A stretch of DNA of 64,000 nt, from NCBI GenBank assembly GCA_963713615.1, contig CAVQMM010000001.1, forward strand, positions 2,016,001 to 2,080,000. The letters are read 5' to 3'. Numbering within the stretch: position 1 is the stretch's first letter; each line of letters begins with the position of its first letter. Made by a program: the position numbers and the translations under genes. Of this stretch, positions 40,299 through 49,703 are shown piece by piece. The DNA comes from an uncultured Chlamydiae bacterium (GTDB lineage Bacteria > Chlamydiota > Chlamydiia > Chlamydiales > JAJFMA01). The notes under the pieces were generated by a model that ran no database searches, had not been told where the DNA came from, and saw nothing but the letters and a program-made list of their open reading frames with translations.

Positions 40299-41006
40299 CT
40301 AACGATATAGCACAGGATGATGCTGATCGACTAACCGATCGCCAAAGCTGTAACCCAAAGTCTTTAGATAGTGCGTATGAGGATCCGCAGGGCTAAGAAC
40401 ATACCTTGTCACAGCACGACAATACACGATGAGCAAATGGCTTTCACCGTTCATGGTCAGAAGTTCAGGTGTGTTCAAAATGGTTCCGGGTGATAGAAAA
40501 ATACCATTGCCTTCTACGCTAGGCCATGGACATGTCCCCACGACCGTTTTGGGGGCGAGTTCATGCTGTGGGCTACGCTGCAGAGCAATCAAAAGGCCAC
40601 ACAATAGCCCTTGCATGCACGAAATCTCCTCCAAAGAACTCCCTTTCTGCAGCATCTGAAGCTCTGTACTGGGTTCTTTTGAAGTTGAAGTCATCAAAAT
40701 CTGGTCGTAGGCCAACCGTACAGGTGTGGCTTCGACCAGATTGGAAGCTATTTCAGCATAGGTACGATTACAAACAGCAGCTTTAATCACCTCATTGTCA
40801 CGCCAAAGGTCATGTCCCTTCAGCATCGCCTGACTAATAGAAACTCGGGCCGTACGTTCGGATGTCATCGCAAGGCGATGCGCCATCACCTCGGTGATGG
40901 CGCGTCGCAACTCATAGACTTTGTCCTGAGTCAACAGCTGCTCGAATTCAATCCAGCCATGAGACGCAAAAAATTCTCGGTGCTTGTTGTCTACGATAAA
41001 CTTCAT
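40299..41006 (-). CDS. CT296/DcrA-like conserved chlamydial protein (PhyH/cupin-like)
   Basis: N-terminus KHREFFASHGWIEFEQLL recalls CT296; located near rnc/radA/sod as in Chlamydia. Confidence 0.6.
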   Translation of the reverse strand: MKFIVDNKHREFFASHGWIEFEQLLTQDKVYELRRAITEVMAHRLAMTSERTARVSISQAMLKGHDLWRDNEVIKAAVCNRTYAEIASNLVEATPVRLAYDQILMTSTSKEPSTELQMLQKGSSLEEISCMQGLLCGLLIALQRSPQHELAPKTVVGTCPWPSVEGNGIFLSPGTILNTPELLTMNGESHLLIVYCRAVTRYVLSPADPHTHYLKTLGYSFGDRLVDQHHPVLYR

Positions 41007-41049
41007 GACAAACAGCGTATCCTAATCAGGAGAAAACCTCCATTATTAC

Positions 41050-42189
41050 TTAGTCAGAGACAACTACTGCCGCCTCACGCCCTGTAACAAAAGTGGGAAG
41101 CGAATTCAAAAAAGCTTCCGTAAAGTAGTGCTTAGTCTTTCCAAGGATACCGTCCTCTTCCAGTTTTATCTCAGGAGGATTCCAATGACCACTCCATTGC
41201 TGTGCAACCTCGATGCATCGAGCCAAAGTACCAATGTTATGACACGCAGGACTTTTATTTTGATCCGGATGAACGATTCCACGATACTTTCTTACTTTTT
41301 TGTCTACATCGCCGCTAATAGCCTTTGCCACATCCAGACTCAGTACTTTGCCTGCGAAATCAGGATTTGGAATTCCTGGGGCCTGGTAGGGCATTCCAAT
41401 CAGAGGCTCGCATGCCGCCAGTATCTTTTGCCCAAGTCCTTTTTTGAGGCGAGGACATGTATCCAATCCACTAAAGTCTTCCTCAGTGAATGGCATAAGT
41501 CGTTTCTGAGCAGTTTTGGGGTCAATAGGGTCTTGAGGAACATCCTGAATCTTTTCTTTTTGCTCTTCGATCAGCTCTTTTTTTTCTTCGACCAGTTTGT
41601 TCTCTTCCTCTATCTGGTCTTCAGGAAAACAAGGCTCATAGTCGTCGTCTGAGTTTTCATCCGCTTTGTTCTGCGCATTCGCAAAGTATCCGTTATTGTA
41701 TATATAAGCGGCCGCAAGACCCATTGATCCCAAGGAAAAAAGTGCCGATGCTGCAGCTTTAGGATGATTGAAAGGCCATTTAGCAACATTAATCACCTTT
41801 TGCCATCTTCCTGGTTTCGGTGCATCGAGAAAGATGTCTGTGACACAATTGGAAAGGCGATTGCTAGGTGCCGTGAGCGATTGCGATGGAGCAACAATCG
41901 CTGTGACTACCGATGGAAGAATTGATAAAGTGTGTTGTACCGCACGTCTGTTCCAATATTTTTGCGTTGGCGAATCCAAAACCATGGCTACACAAACCAA
42001 TGAGCCATTGCCAACGACTCCCAATACATTGTAGGTCGTGTTGAGCGTCCCAAGTGATGCAGTAGCAACTACATAAATGAAACGAGAGACCACTTCACGA
42101 TTGAGCCAGGATTGATCAGGCCCTGTTAATTCAGATAAGGTGCCTGCAAGACTCCTACTATATTCCTGTACAAAACTCGCTACTTTCAT
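41050..42189 (-). CDS. Hypothetical membrane protein with acidic coiled coil and HPD/J-domain-like segment
   Basis: TM-like AASALFSLGSMGLAAAYIY; EEENKLVEEKKELIEEQKE; KVLSL...KKVRKYRGIVHPDQNK. Confidence 0.6.
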   Translation of the reverse strand: MKVASFVQEYSRSLAGTLSELTGPDQSWLNREVVSRFIYVVATASLGTLNTTYNVLGVVGNGSLVCVAMVLDSPTQKYWNRRAVQHTLSILPSVVTAIVAPSQSLTAPSNRLSNCVTDIFLDAPKPGRWQKVINVAKWPFNHPKAAASALFSLGSMGLAAAYIYNNGYFANAQNKADENSDDDYEPCFPEDQIEEENKLVEEKKELIEEQKEKIQDVPQDPIDPKTAQKRLMPFTEEDFSGLDTCPRLKKGLGQKILAACEPLIGMPYQAPGIPNPDFAGKVLSLDVAKAISGDVDKKVRKYRGIVHPDQNKSPACHNIGTLARCIEVAQQWSGHWNPPEIKLEEDGILGKTKHYFTEAFLNSLPTFVTGREAAVVVSD

Positions 42190-42332
42190 AATTCTTCCTC
42201 CCTGGATAAAATACGTCCCAAAGAGCATAGCTCTTTCCCGCTTTTTTTTCAATAAGTTAGACTTTGAGATGTATTAGATAATGACTTTTTGAACACGGCT
42301 AGCGTATACTAACACAACCATCTTCATCACAA

Positions 42333-43391
42333 ATGATACTCATGGCAGCAATCGGCAAGACAGGCATTCTTCTTGTTAATCTAGGCACTCCTAAATCACC
42401 GGAGCCCGGAGACGTCTTCCACTATCTGAACGAATTTCTTACGGATGAAAGAGTTATAGATCTCCCTTGGTTGAGACGTCAAATTCTGGTGCGAGGGGTC
42501 ATTGTGCCAAATCGTTACAGGCAATCAGCTGCAACCTACACCAAAGTGTGGACAGAGCAGGGATCTCCCTTACTTGTCTATAGCCGGTCTATGCGCGACA
42601 AGCTCCAAGCACGGCTAGGCGATGATTTTGTTGTCCAATTAGCCATGCGCTATCAGGAACCATCGATAGCCTGTGCCATGACAAACTTGGAAGCTCATGG
42701 GTTAGATCACCTGATCATTTTACCCCTATTTCCTCAATATGCCTCGGCAACAACGGGATCGATTCATCAAAAAGTCATGGAATATCTACGCAATTGGAAG
42801 CTGATTCCCTCATTATCCTTCATCAGCGCCTTTGCAACACACCCCGCTTTTCTTAATGCCTTTGTGACGATCGGAGAGAGGTATCAACCGGAAACTTTCG
42901 ACCACGTCCTGTTTAGTTTTCATGGGCTCCCCGAAAGGCAAATCACCCAGACAGACACCTCCGGGTGTTGTCTTAAGCGATCCAAATGCTGCGAGACATT
43001 ATGCGAACGCAACCATCAGTGTTATCGTGCTCAGTGCTATGCCACGGCACGCCTCTTGTCCGACAGACTCGGGTTGCGTCAAAACAAATACACAGTCTCT
43101 TTTCAATCGCGTCTGGGAAAGGAGCCATGGACTCAACCGTATACTGAAGACAAAGTGAAAGAATTTGCTAGCATAGGCTTAAAAAACGTATTGGTATTTG
43201 CGCCGGCTTTCGTGGCTGACTGTTTGGAAACGACCTATGAAATCGGCCTTGAATATGGCCATCTCTTTGAGCAAATGGGTGGAAAGCGTCTGCAGCTTGT
43301 GGAGAGTTTAAATGATAACGAGATCTGGATCGAAGCCTTGCGCAGCATCATCTTGGAACGAGTACCGGCTTGTGGCGCGGTCATTCCATGA
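42333..43391 (+). CDS. hemH: Ferrochelatase
   Basis: LLVNLGTP, LAMRY, PLFPQYA, FSFHGLP, FQSRLG, FVADCLET. Confidence 0.96.
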   Translation: MILMAAIGKTGILLVNLGTPKSPEPGDVFHYLNEFLTDERVIDLPWLRRQILVRGVIVPNRYRQSAATYTKVWTEQGSPLLVYSRSMRDKLQARLGDDFVVQLAMRYQEPSIACAMTNLEAHGLDHLIILPLFPQYASATTGSIHQKVMEYLRNWKLIPSLSFISAFATHPAFLNAFVTIGERYQPETFDHVLFSFHGLPERQITQTDTSGCCLKRSKCCETLCERNHQCYRAQCYATARLLSDRLGLRQNKYTVSFQSRLGKEPWTQPYTEDKVKEFASIGLKNVLVFAPAFVADCLETTYEIGLEYGHLFEQMGGKRLQLVESLNDNEIWIEALRSIILERVPACGAVIP

Positions 43392-43548
43392 GAAAAAAGG
43401 ACCAAAGGGACATAAATGACATAAGGAGGTAATTGCAGAAGTCCGATTCTCCGAAGTCAATTTCCTGAAAATCGGATGCCGGTGAAGAGAGAGTCATTCC
43501 CTTCCCAGGCCCGAAGGGTCGATATTGCAACAGGCCATGGCATCGCCA

Positions 43549-43857
43549 CATAGGCCTCAACCTAACAGGTCTTTTGAGCTTATATCTCAATGACTTAGGA
43601 CTTCACAATCGTATCTCGGCGCGCAGCGCTTTGGAGTGCGGTCGCTTGCGACCGCTTTTCGTTCCTTGGGACGGCAATGCTAAACGGCATTGTATGGATT
43701 CGTCGAAGGCTGCATGTACTAACTATTTTACCCTTAGGGAATTATAGTAATGCCGTTGCACACGACCGTCGCAAGGAACCCAAAGCGGTCGCAAGCGACC
43801 GCACTCCAAAGCGCTGCGCGCCGAGATACGATTGTTAGGCTTAGGTTGAGGCCTATG
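43549..43857. mobile_element. MITE-C (IS4-like ends), 309 bp
   Basis: Perfect 17-bp TIR CATAGGCCTCAACCTAA; 11-bp duplication TGGCATCGCCA at 43538-43548 and 43858-43868; contains perfect 54-bp inverted arms 43605-43658/43782-43835. Confidence 0.88.
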
Positions 43858-44044
43858 TGGCATCGCCATGGTATATGCCAAAACGGTTTTAGCAGCCTGT
43901 AGGGCTGCCATAAAGCGCATGCATAAATGGTGTTTGTAAACTGGCGTCTTGTAGCAATCCTTCAGACTGCGAAATCCCTTCCTGGCATATACCATGGCGA
44001 TGCCATGGCCTGTTGCAATATCGACCCTTCTACCATAGGATTTT

Positions 44045-44265
44045 GCAAACGATTATCGACGGTAATAGGAAAAGACAAAAAACATTTCTCTAAGGTATCA
44101 TTTTGGCCGACGAAGGTGTGGCCGTGTGCCCTTAGCGAATGTTTGTTCGCCTGGCCCGATATGCCGCCTTCGTCGTTTGCATCATCCAATAATTCCGTTC
44201 GGGATGGTGCCAATCTTCTGATTGTGGCTCTGTAAGTAGAAGTGGAATTTGGGTGAAATTTAACG
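44045..44265 (+). ncRNA. Predicted IS110 bridge RNA (target-binding loop ~44108-44175, donor-binding loop ~44184-44255); ends approximate
   Basis: Two stem/internal-loop/hairpin units whose loop strands match the target (GCCCTT, GGCCCGA) and the donor junction (CGGGATG, GTAGA). Confidence 0.85.
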
Positions 44266-44293
44266 CTCACAAACACTTAACAGGGCATTTATC

Positions 44294-45490
44294 ATGCAAA
44301 ATCAGTCCGAACTTCGTATTTGTCTAGATATCGGTAGCGTTCGACACTATGTAGCCATAGGCTTGTCCACAGGAGAACGCATCGATGGATTTTATCTAAA
44401 CCACACTTCTGAAGACATTGAGCAGTTTTTTGAGAAAATTGAGAAGCTTAGAATTTCCTATAACATGCCTGTTGTCATGGCTATGGAGGGGTTTAATGGC
44501 TATGCTAGACCCATCGATAGATATGCTCTTGATCACGGATATTCTTTGTATAGTGTCAACAACATGAAATTGGCTAGATTTAAGGAAGTTTTTCCTGGTC
44601 CAGCCAAAACAGATCCAATTGACGCTTGGGCTATTTTTAGCTTGTTTCAAGTTCAAGAGACCTTACCGTTGGCAAAAAATATTCTGCAGAAAGTAGAGCC
44701 TCCACCGGTATGCAACGAGCAACTTAAACATATTTCAAGGCGTCGTAGAGAGTTGGTAAAAGAAAAGACAAGAATCATAAATCGACTTCAAGGGGATCTA
44801 CAGGCTGTTTGCCCCGGTCTACTGTCTATTACAAAAAATCCAGCAAATCTTTGGTTTCTACGATTTCTTGCTTCGAAGGAAGACATGACCATGTTGCTTC
44901 GAATGCAAAAAAGAAGCCTGTTGCAAATCAAGGGCGTTGGAGAGGTTTATGCAGAGGAAATTCAGAAATGGCAAAAGACGGCTAAGTTCTCTTCAAAGGT
45001 TGAGTGGATAGGAAAATTAATAGTACGAGATGTCAGAAGGCTACTCGAGATGCTAGATGAAATAGCGCAGTTGGAGGTATTGATAGAGGGTTTGATCCCA
45101 CAATCCAAGATAGCATCTCGGATTGAATCTATTCCTGGATATGGTTCCATTTGTGCCGCAGAACTCGCTGGAGAGATTGGTAGTATCGATCGGTTTAAGT
45201 CGGAGGCTAGTCTAGCGCTCTACTTGGGAATAGGAATTCTGAACAAGAGTTCTGGCCAATATGAGGGGTCTCGATCGCCTCGAAATATTAACTGGAGGGG
45301 AAAGGGAGCTATGATGACCGGAGCTGCTCGACATATACAACTATGTGATGAGGCTGCACAGTACTACAAGAAGAAGAGAGCAGAGGGAAAAAAACATAAC
45401 CAAGCAGTACGAGCATTTGCCCGTCATATGATAAGAGTAATATGGTCGATACTCATACATGACAGGGATTACCGTCAGAAGGAAGACTGA
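44294..45490 (+). CDS. IS110-family DEDD recombinase/transposase
   Basis: RuvC-like DEDD residues (ICLDIG, AMEG, KTDPIDA); C-terminal SIPGYG, LAGEIG..RF, KSSG serine motif; KKHNQAVRAFAR. Confidence 0.95.
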   Translation: MQNQSELRICLDIGSVRHYVAIGLSTGERIDGFYLNHTSEDIEQFFEKIEKLRISYNMPVVMAMEGFNGYARPIDRYALDHGYSLYSVNNMKLARFKEVFPGPAKTDPIDAWAIFSLFQVQETLPLAKNILQKVEPPPVCNEQLKHISRRRRELVKEKTRIINRLQGDLQAVCPGLLSITKNPANLWFLRFLASKEDMTMLLRMQKRSLLQIKGVGEVYAEEIQKWQKTAKFSSKVEWIGKLIVRDVRRLLEMLDEIAQLEVLIEGLIPQSKIASRIESIPGYGSICAAELAGEIGSIDRFKSEASLALYLGIGILNKSSGQYEGSRSPRNINWRGKGAMMTGAARHIQLCDEAAQYYKKKRAEGKKHNQAVRAFARHMIRVIWSILIHDRDYRQKED

Positions 45491-46109
45491 GTTAGTTTAG
45501 CAAACGGGCTTTGTTCTGTTTGGCCTGAATGAACAAGGTCAGCAAATTCGGCGATGTTAGCTGAGCAGAAAAGGAGCACGGCTACTCTGCTTCGGCAACC
45601 CCATAGGAGTTGTATACAACCTTCCTAAGTAAATTCACCGTGTCCCTTCGCAGTTGAAAGGAGCACGGCTACTCTACTTCGGCTCTATAAATTTAGCAAA
45701 ATTAGAAAATAATTAAAAGTTTCAAAACCGAAGGAATTGGCATCGAAAAATCGCCTGAAAGCTACGAAAAATCTTGAAAAATTCTAGCGGGATGTCGGGC
45801 CTGGGAAGGGAGAAAAGCCTGTCTTTCCAGACTGGATAGTGCCATACCACTTAAGCTCTCTAGAATCGCCTTCTCACAAAAAAAGGTAACCTTTTTTCCC
45901 GAGAATCGATTCTCAAGGGCTCAAATAATTTTGCAATTACCTCTAAGGGACACAGGAGTATATTCTTACCAAGTCCTTTATGTCTTTTATGTCCCTTTGG
46001 TCCTTTTTGTCCATCAAGGGCGACCGCTCTCCTGAGCGCTTTGCGCATGTTATTCCGCTTTTTTAATGCCTATTGCATATCTTGCATGCCAAAAAAATAG
46101 TCATCCACT

Positions 46110-46841
46110 ATGCTTGTTGACATGAACTTCTACGAGAAACTTACCAGTGATTCGTCTGCGATTGAGGCTAAGATTGGCTATGTCTTCACCGACAAACAGC
46201 TATTGTCGTTAGCCTTCGTACACCGTTCATTTATTAATGAAAACCGCGAATTCATTGAACAGCATAACGAGCGTCTTGAATTCCTCGGGGACTCCGTCCT
46301 TGGACTATTAGTAGCCGAGTACCTGTACCGCTATCTGCCTGGAACGCCAGAAGGTGAGCTGTCCTACCTGCGCTCTAGGCTAGTGGAAGCCAGTTCCTGC
46401 GTTCTTTATGTGCAAAAGCTGGACCTTGGCGCCTTTCTCCTACTCGGCAAGGGAGAGCGTATGAACGATGGACGCGGTCGCGAGTCCATCCTGTCAGACC
46501 TCTTTGAGGCTGTCATCGGAGCCATCTACCTTGATGGAGGCATCGAAGCCGCTCGACGTTTTTTATTCAAGAACTACTCAGCAGAAATGCAAAGCATCCT
46601 AAGCCGTCCTGTACGCAATTGGAAGGCCCTTCTTCAAGATTACACTCAGAAAAAATATCAAGTCACTCCATTCTACCAAGTCATCGAAGAATCAGGACCG
46701 GACCACAGCAAAGAATTCGAAGTGGCAGTATTTGTAAAAACTGAGGAGTGGGGACGAGGCATAGGTCAGAGCAAGAAGGAAGCCCAACAAGCCGCTGCGG
46801 CTGACGCCATCTCTGATCTAGATCTTGAGGAATCTCAATAA
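46110..46841 (+). CDS. rnc: Ribonuclease III
   Basis: HNERLEFLGDSVLG, DLFEAVIGAIYLDGG, dsRBD. Confidence 0.97.
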   Translation: MLVDMNFYEKLTSDSSAIEAKIGYVFTDKQLLSLAFVHRSFINENREFIEQHNERLEFLGDSVLGLLVAEYLYRYLPGTPEGELSYLRSRLVEASSCVLYVQKLDLGAFLLLGKGERMNDGRGRESILSDLFEAVIGAIYLDGGIEAARRFLFKNYSAEMQSILSRPVRNWKALLQDYTQKKYQVTPFYQVIEESGPDHSKEFEVAVFVKTEEWGRGIGQSKKEAQQAAAADAISDLDLEESQ

Positions 46842-46853
46842 AGGAAGTCGGTC

Positions 46854-48224
46854 TTGGCAAAGCTAAAAAGCATGTGGGCCTGTTCCAGTTGTGGACAATC
46901 CCAACACAAATGGACGGGGCAATGTCCCACCTGCCGAGAATGGAACACCTTGTGCGAAGAAATTGCCGAGGTGAGTCGCTCCGATCGCTTTGACACAAGC
47001 AAGAGCGAGCCGAGCAGACCCATGCGTCTCAGAGAGGTTACTGCAGATTCAACTCCACGCATCGTCACAAACATTCAGGAATTCGATCGTTTGTTAGGCG
47101 GTGGCATTGTCCCTGGGGCCCTAACACTTGTTGGTGGTGACCCAGGTATCGGAAAGTCAACACTGATGTTGCAGCTTGCCAGCTCTTTGGCCAAGCAAGG
47201 GTTGATCGTCCTCTATGTGTGCGGTGAGGAGTCCGTTGAACAAACTTCCCTTCGTGCGCGTCGCTTAGGGGTAGACTCTGATAATTTGCTGCTTCTGAGC
47301 GAGACAAACTTCTCCGTGATCACGCGTCAAATCGACGAGGTACGTCCTGATATTCTTGTCATCGACAGTATCCAGATTGTTTATAAAAGCGATCTTCCCT
47401 CCGGTCCAGGTTCTGTCCCACAAGTTCGTGAAATCGCCACTGAGTGCATGCACATCGCCAAAGGACGTCGTTTAGCCACGTTCCTCATTGGGCATGTGAC
47501 CAAAAGCGGGGATTTGGCTGGACCTCGCGTACTCGAACATTTGGTAGATACCGTTCTCTACTTTGAAGGAGACCGTCAGCATAACTATCGCCTGGTTAGA
47601 GTGGTAAAAAACCGCTTTGGAGCCACCGACGAGGTGGCCGTTTTCCAAATGGCCGAACAGGGCCTTGTAGAAGTGCCTAATCCCTCTCAGCTATTTCTGG
47701 AACATCGCATGAAAGAGGTCATCGGCTCGGTGATCATTCCGACCATCGAAGGCTCTAGGCCTATCTTAGTCGAAGTGCAGGCTCTAGTCACCGATACAGT
47801 CTTCAGCACGCCTTCTCGACGCTGTACGGGATTAGACCAAAACCGCCTTGCCTTGCTTCTAGCGGTGATAGAGAAACGCGTACACTTCCCTCTGCATGGT
47901 TGCGATATCTTTGTTGCCATTGCTGGAGGCATGCGCGTTGTAGAGCCGGCTTTAGACCTAGGAGTGCTTCTAGCAGTAGCCTCTTCGTACCGCAACAGAC
48001 TTTTTGATCCAGAAACTGTTGTGATCGGTGAAGTCGGCCTTGGCGGGGAAATACGCTCAGTGCCTCGCATAGAAAGCCGCCTCAAAGAAGCCATTACAAT
48101 GGGTTTTAAAAGATGTCTATTGCCTAAGAGTAGCTTGAAAGGTCTAAGCCCCTCGCTAACAAAAAAAATAGAACTCAAGGGTGTTCAGCTTGTCGAAGAG
48201 GCTATCGATGTTCTCCTCGCCTAA
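46854..48224 (+). CDS. radA: DNA repair protein RadA/Sms
   Basis: C4 zinc finger, GDPGIGKST, KNRFG. Confidence 0.97.
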   Translation: MAKLKSMWACSSCGQSQHKWTGQCPTCREWNTLCEEIAEVSRSDRFDTSKSEPSRPMRLREVTADSTPRIVTNIQEFDRLLGGGIVPGALTLVGGDPGIGKSTLMLQLASSLAKQGLIVLYVCGEESVEQTSLRARRLGVDSDNLLLLSETNFSVITRQIDEVRPDILVIDSIQIVYKSDLPSGPGSVPQVREIATECMHIAKGRRLATFLIGHVTKSGDLAGPRVLEHLVDTVLYFEGDRQHNYRLVRVVKNRFGATDEVAVFQMAEQGLVEVPNPSQLFLEHRMKEVIGSVIIPTIEGSRPILVEVQALVTDTVFSTPSRRCTGLDQNRLALLLAVIEKRVHFPLHGCDIFVAIAGGMRVVEPALDLGVLLAVASSYRNRLFDPETVVIGEVGLGGEIRSVPRIESRLKEAITMGFKRCLLPKSSLKGLSPSLTKKIELKGVQLVEEAIDVLLA

Positions 48225-48885
48225 ACATATTGCTGTAGGCGCGCGCGCCTCACCTCTTTCACATGCCCAGGTAGATGAGGTTCAGCATGAGTTGGTTTTA
48301 GTTCATCCTCACGTCATCTTGAAGGCTTTTTTTGTCGAGACCACTGGTGATCTCGATCAAAAAACCTCGCTAAGAACCTTAGGGCGCACCGATTTCTTCA
48401 CCAAGGAAGTGGATGCTCTGGTGCTATCGGGCCAATGTCGCATTGCAATACACTCAGCTAAAGATCTACCGGAACCGCTAACAAGGGGGCTGACGCTCAT
48501 TTGCCTCACGCGTGGACAAGACCCGGCCGATTGCCTGGTGCTTAGGGATGGGGAAACTCTAGAATCACTTCCTAGCGGTGCAGCCATCGCTACATCATCA
48601 GAGCGACGCGAAGCCGCAGTGCTAAAGCTACGCGATGACCTCGCCTTTTGCGATGTGCGAGGAACGATATCTCAGCGGTTATCGCTCCTGGAAGAAGGGC
48701 TAGCTGACGGAGTAGTTGTCGCAGAAGCAGCGTTAATTCGACTGGGACTCACGCATCTCAACCGTATCCGATTGCCAGGGGCCACTACTCCCCTGCAGGG
48801 ACAATTAGCCATAGTCGGCCGCGAAAAAGACTTTGAGGTACAGGAGCTTTTTTCCTGCCTAGACACACGCCCGGCATTGGTATGA
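48208..48885 (+). CDS. hemC: Porphobilinogen deaminase (short chlamydial type)
   Basis: GARASPL, TTGD, FTKEVD, IHSAKDLP, ATSSERR. Confidence 0.92.
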   Translation: MFSSPKHIAVGARASPLSHAQVDEVQHELVLVHPHVILKAFFVETTGDLDQKTSLRTLGRTDFFTKEVDALVLSGQCRIAIHSAKDLPEPLTRGLTLICLTRGQDPADCLVLRDGETLESLPSGAAIATSSERREAAVLKLRDDLAFCDVRGTISQRLSLLEEGLADGVVVAEAALIRLGLTHLNRIRLPGATTPLQGQLAIVGREKDFEVQELFSCLDTRPALV

Positions 48886-49526
48886 AGGTTCTTTATCTAG
48901 GCCTTACGCCTCCAGCTTCAACGGCAGACCGAGAGATTATCCATTACCCTGTTATCAGCATTTCTCCCGTTTCACCGAATGCAACAGACATTGTCAACGC
49001 CCTAAACCATTTCTCAAGCTATACTCACGTACTGTTCACCAGTAAGACATCCGTGAAACTTCTATGCGAAGCCATGGCCTTCCATGGCCTAGCGTCAGCG
49101 ATCCTCAGTCTCAAGTGTATTGTTGCGGTCGGCACAGCGACGGCCTCGGAAGCACAAAGCCGTGGCATCCATGTCTCCACCATTGCCTGCCAAGAAACTG
49201 CTGAAGGTGTCGTTCAGGAATTGGAAAAAGAGACACTCGACAACGCTCACGCTTTCTGGCCTAAAGCTTCACAAGCCCGAACAGTTCTCATTGATTTCTT
49301 TGAGCATAGAAACATTCCTCTCACACAATGCGTCCTCTATCACACAAAGCTATGTAAGCCTTCAGTTGTGCCGGATCTCGCTCGGATCGACGAAATCTTT
49401 TTTTCCAGCCCATCCACAGTAGACGGTTTTTTGGCCATTTTTGGTTCATTACCAACCAACAAGAAGCTTTCTACACAAGGCCCCATCACTCAAGCTTATC
49501 TAAGTTCTATCATGTGCGGTTTGTGA
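48882..49526 (+). CDS. hemD: Uroporphyrinogen-III synthase
   Basis: LFTSK, AVGTATA, FSSPSTV, QGPIT; ATGA-coupled to hemC. Confidence 0.88.
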   Translation: MKVLYLGLTPPASTADREIIHYPVISISPVSPNATDIVNALNHFSSYTHVLFTSKTSVKLLCEAMAFHGLASAILSLKCIVAVGTATASEAQSRGIHVSTIACQETAEGVVQELEKETLDNAHAFWPKASQARTVLIDFFEHRNIPLTQCVLYHTKLCKPSVVPDLARIDEIFFSSPSTVDGFLAIFGSLPTNKKLSTQGPITQAYLSSIMCGL

Positions 49527-49703
49527 GCTCTTCTTTGCGCCTTTGCGTTAAAAAAGGCTACACGAACCGTTCTTATGCCTACCGCGTGAACGGTTACAAA
49601 TCTAACCATACGTGGTAGATCAGCAATATTGCCAAGAAGACGCTTTTCCCTCACAATGAACTCAGCTTAGGTAAATGAACTTTTGAATAGAGGAGGAACC
49701 CCG

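Larger units (their letters stand above)
44029..45796 (+). mobile_element. IS110-family element, complete, with TC core at both junctions
   Basis: Splits the MITE-A arm GACCCTTC|GGGCCTGGG exactly; no TIRs; TC at 44029-44030 and 45795-45796. Confidence 0.93.
43426..45943. mobile_element. MITE-A copy (reverse orientation) interrupted by MITE-C and IS110
   Basis: TIRs GAGGTAATTGCA...TGCAATTACCTC; TAAG duplicated at 43422-43425 and 45944-45947. Confidence 0.85.

Noticed and set aside
39728..40396. 222-aa ORF on +
   Set aside because: Translation of the MITE-A copy; overlaps two real genes.
43927..44276. ORFs overlapping the IS110 left end
   Set aside because: They span the MITE/IS junction; the region is better explained as structured RNA.
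45570..45683. Possible mini-CRISPR (27-bp repeats)
   Set aside because: Only two repeats, a 60-bp structured spacer, inside an IS, and no cas genes in the window.
48208..48885. HemC as a truncated pseudogene
   Set aside because: Short HemC is the normal chlamydial form and it is translationally coupled to hemD.
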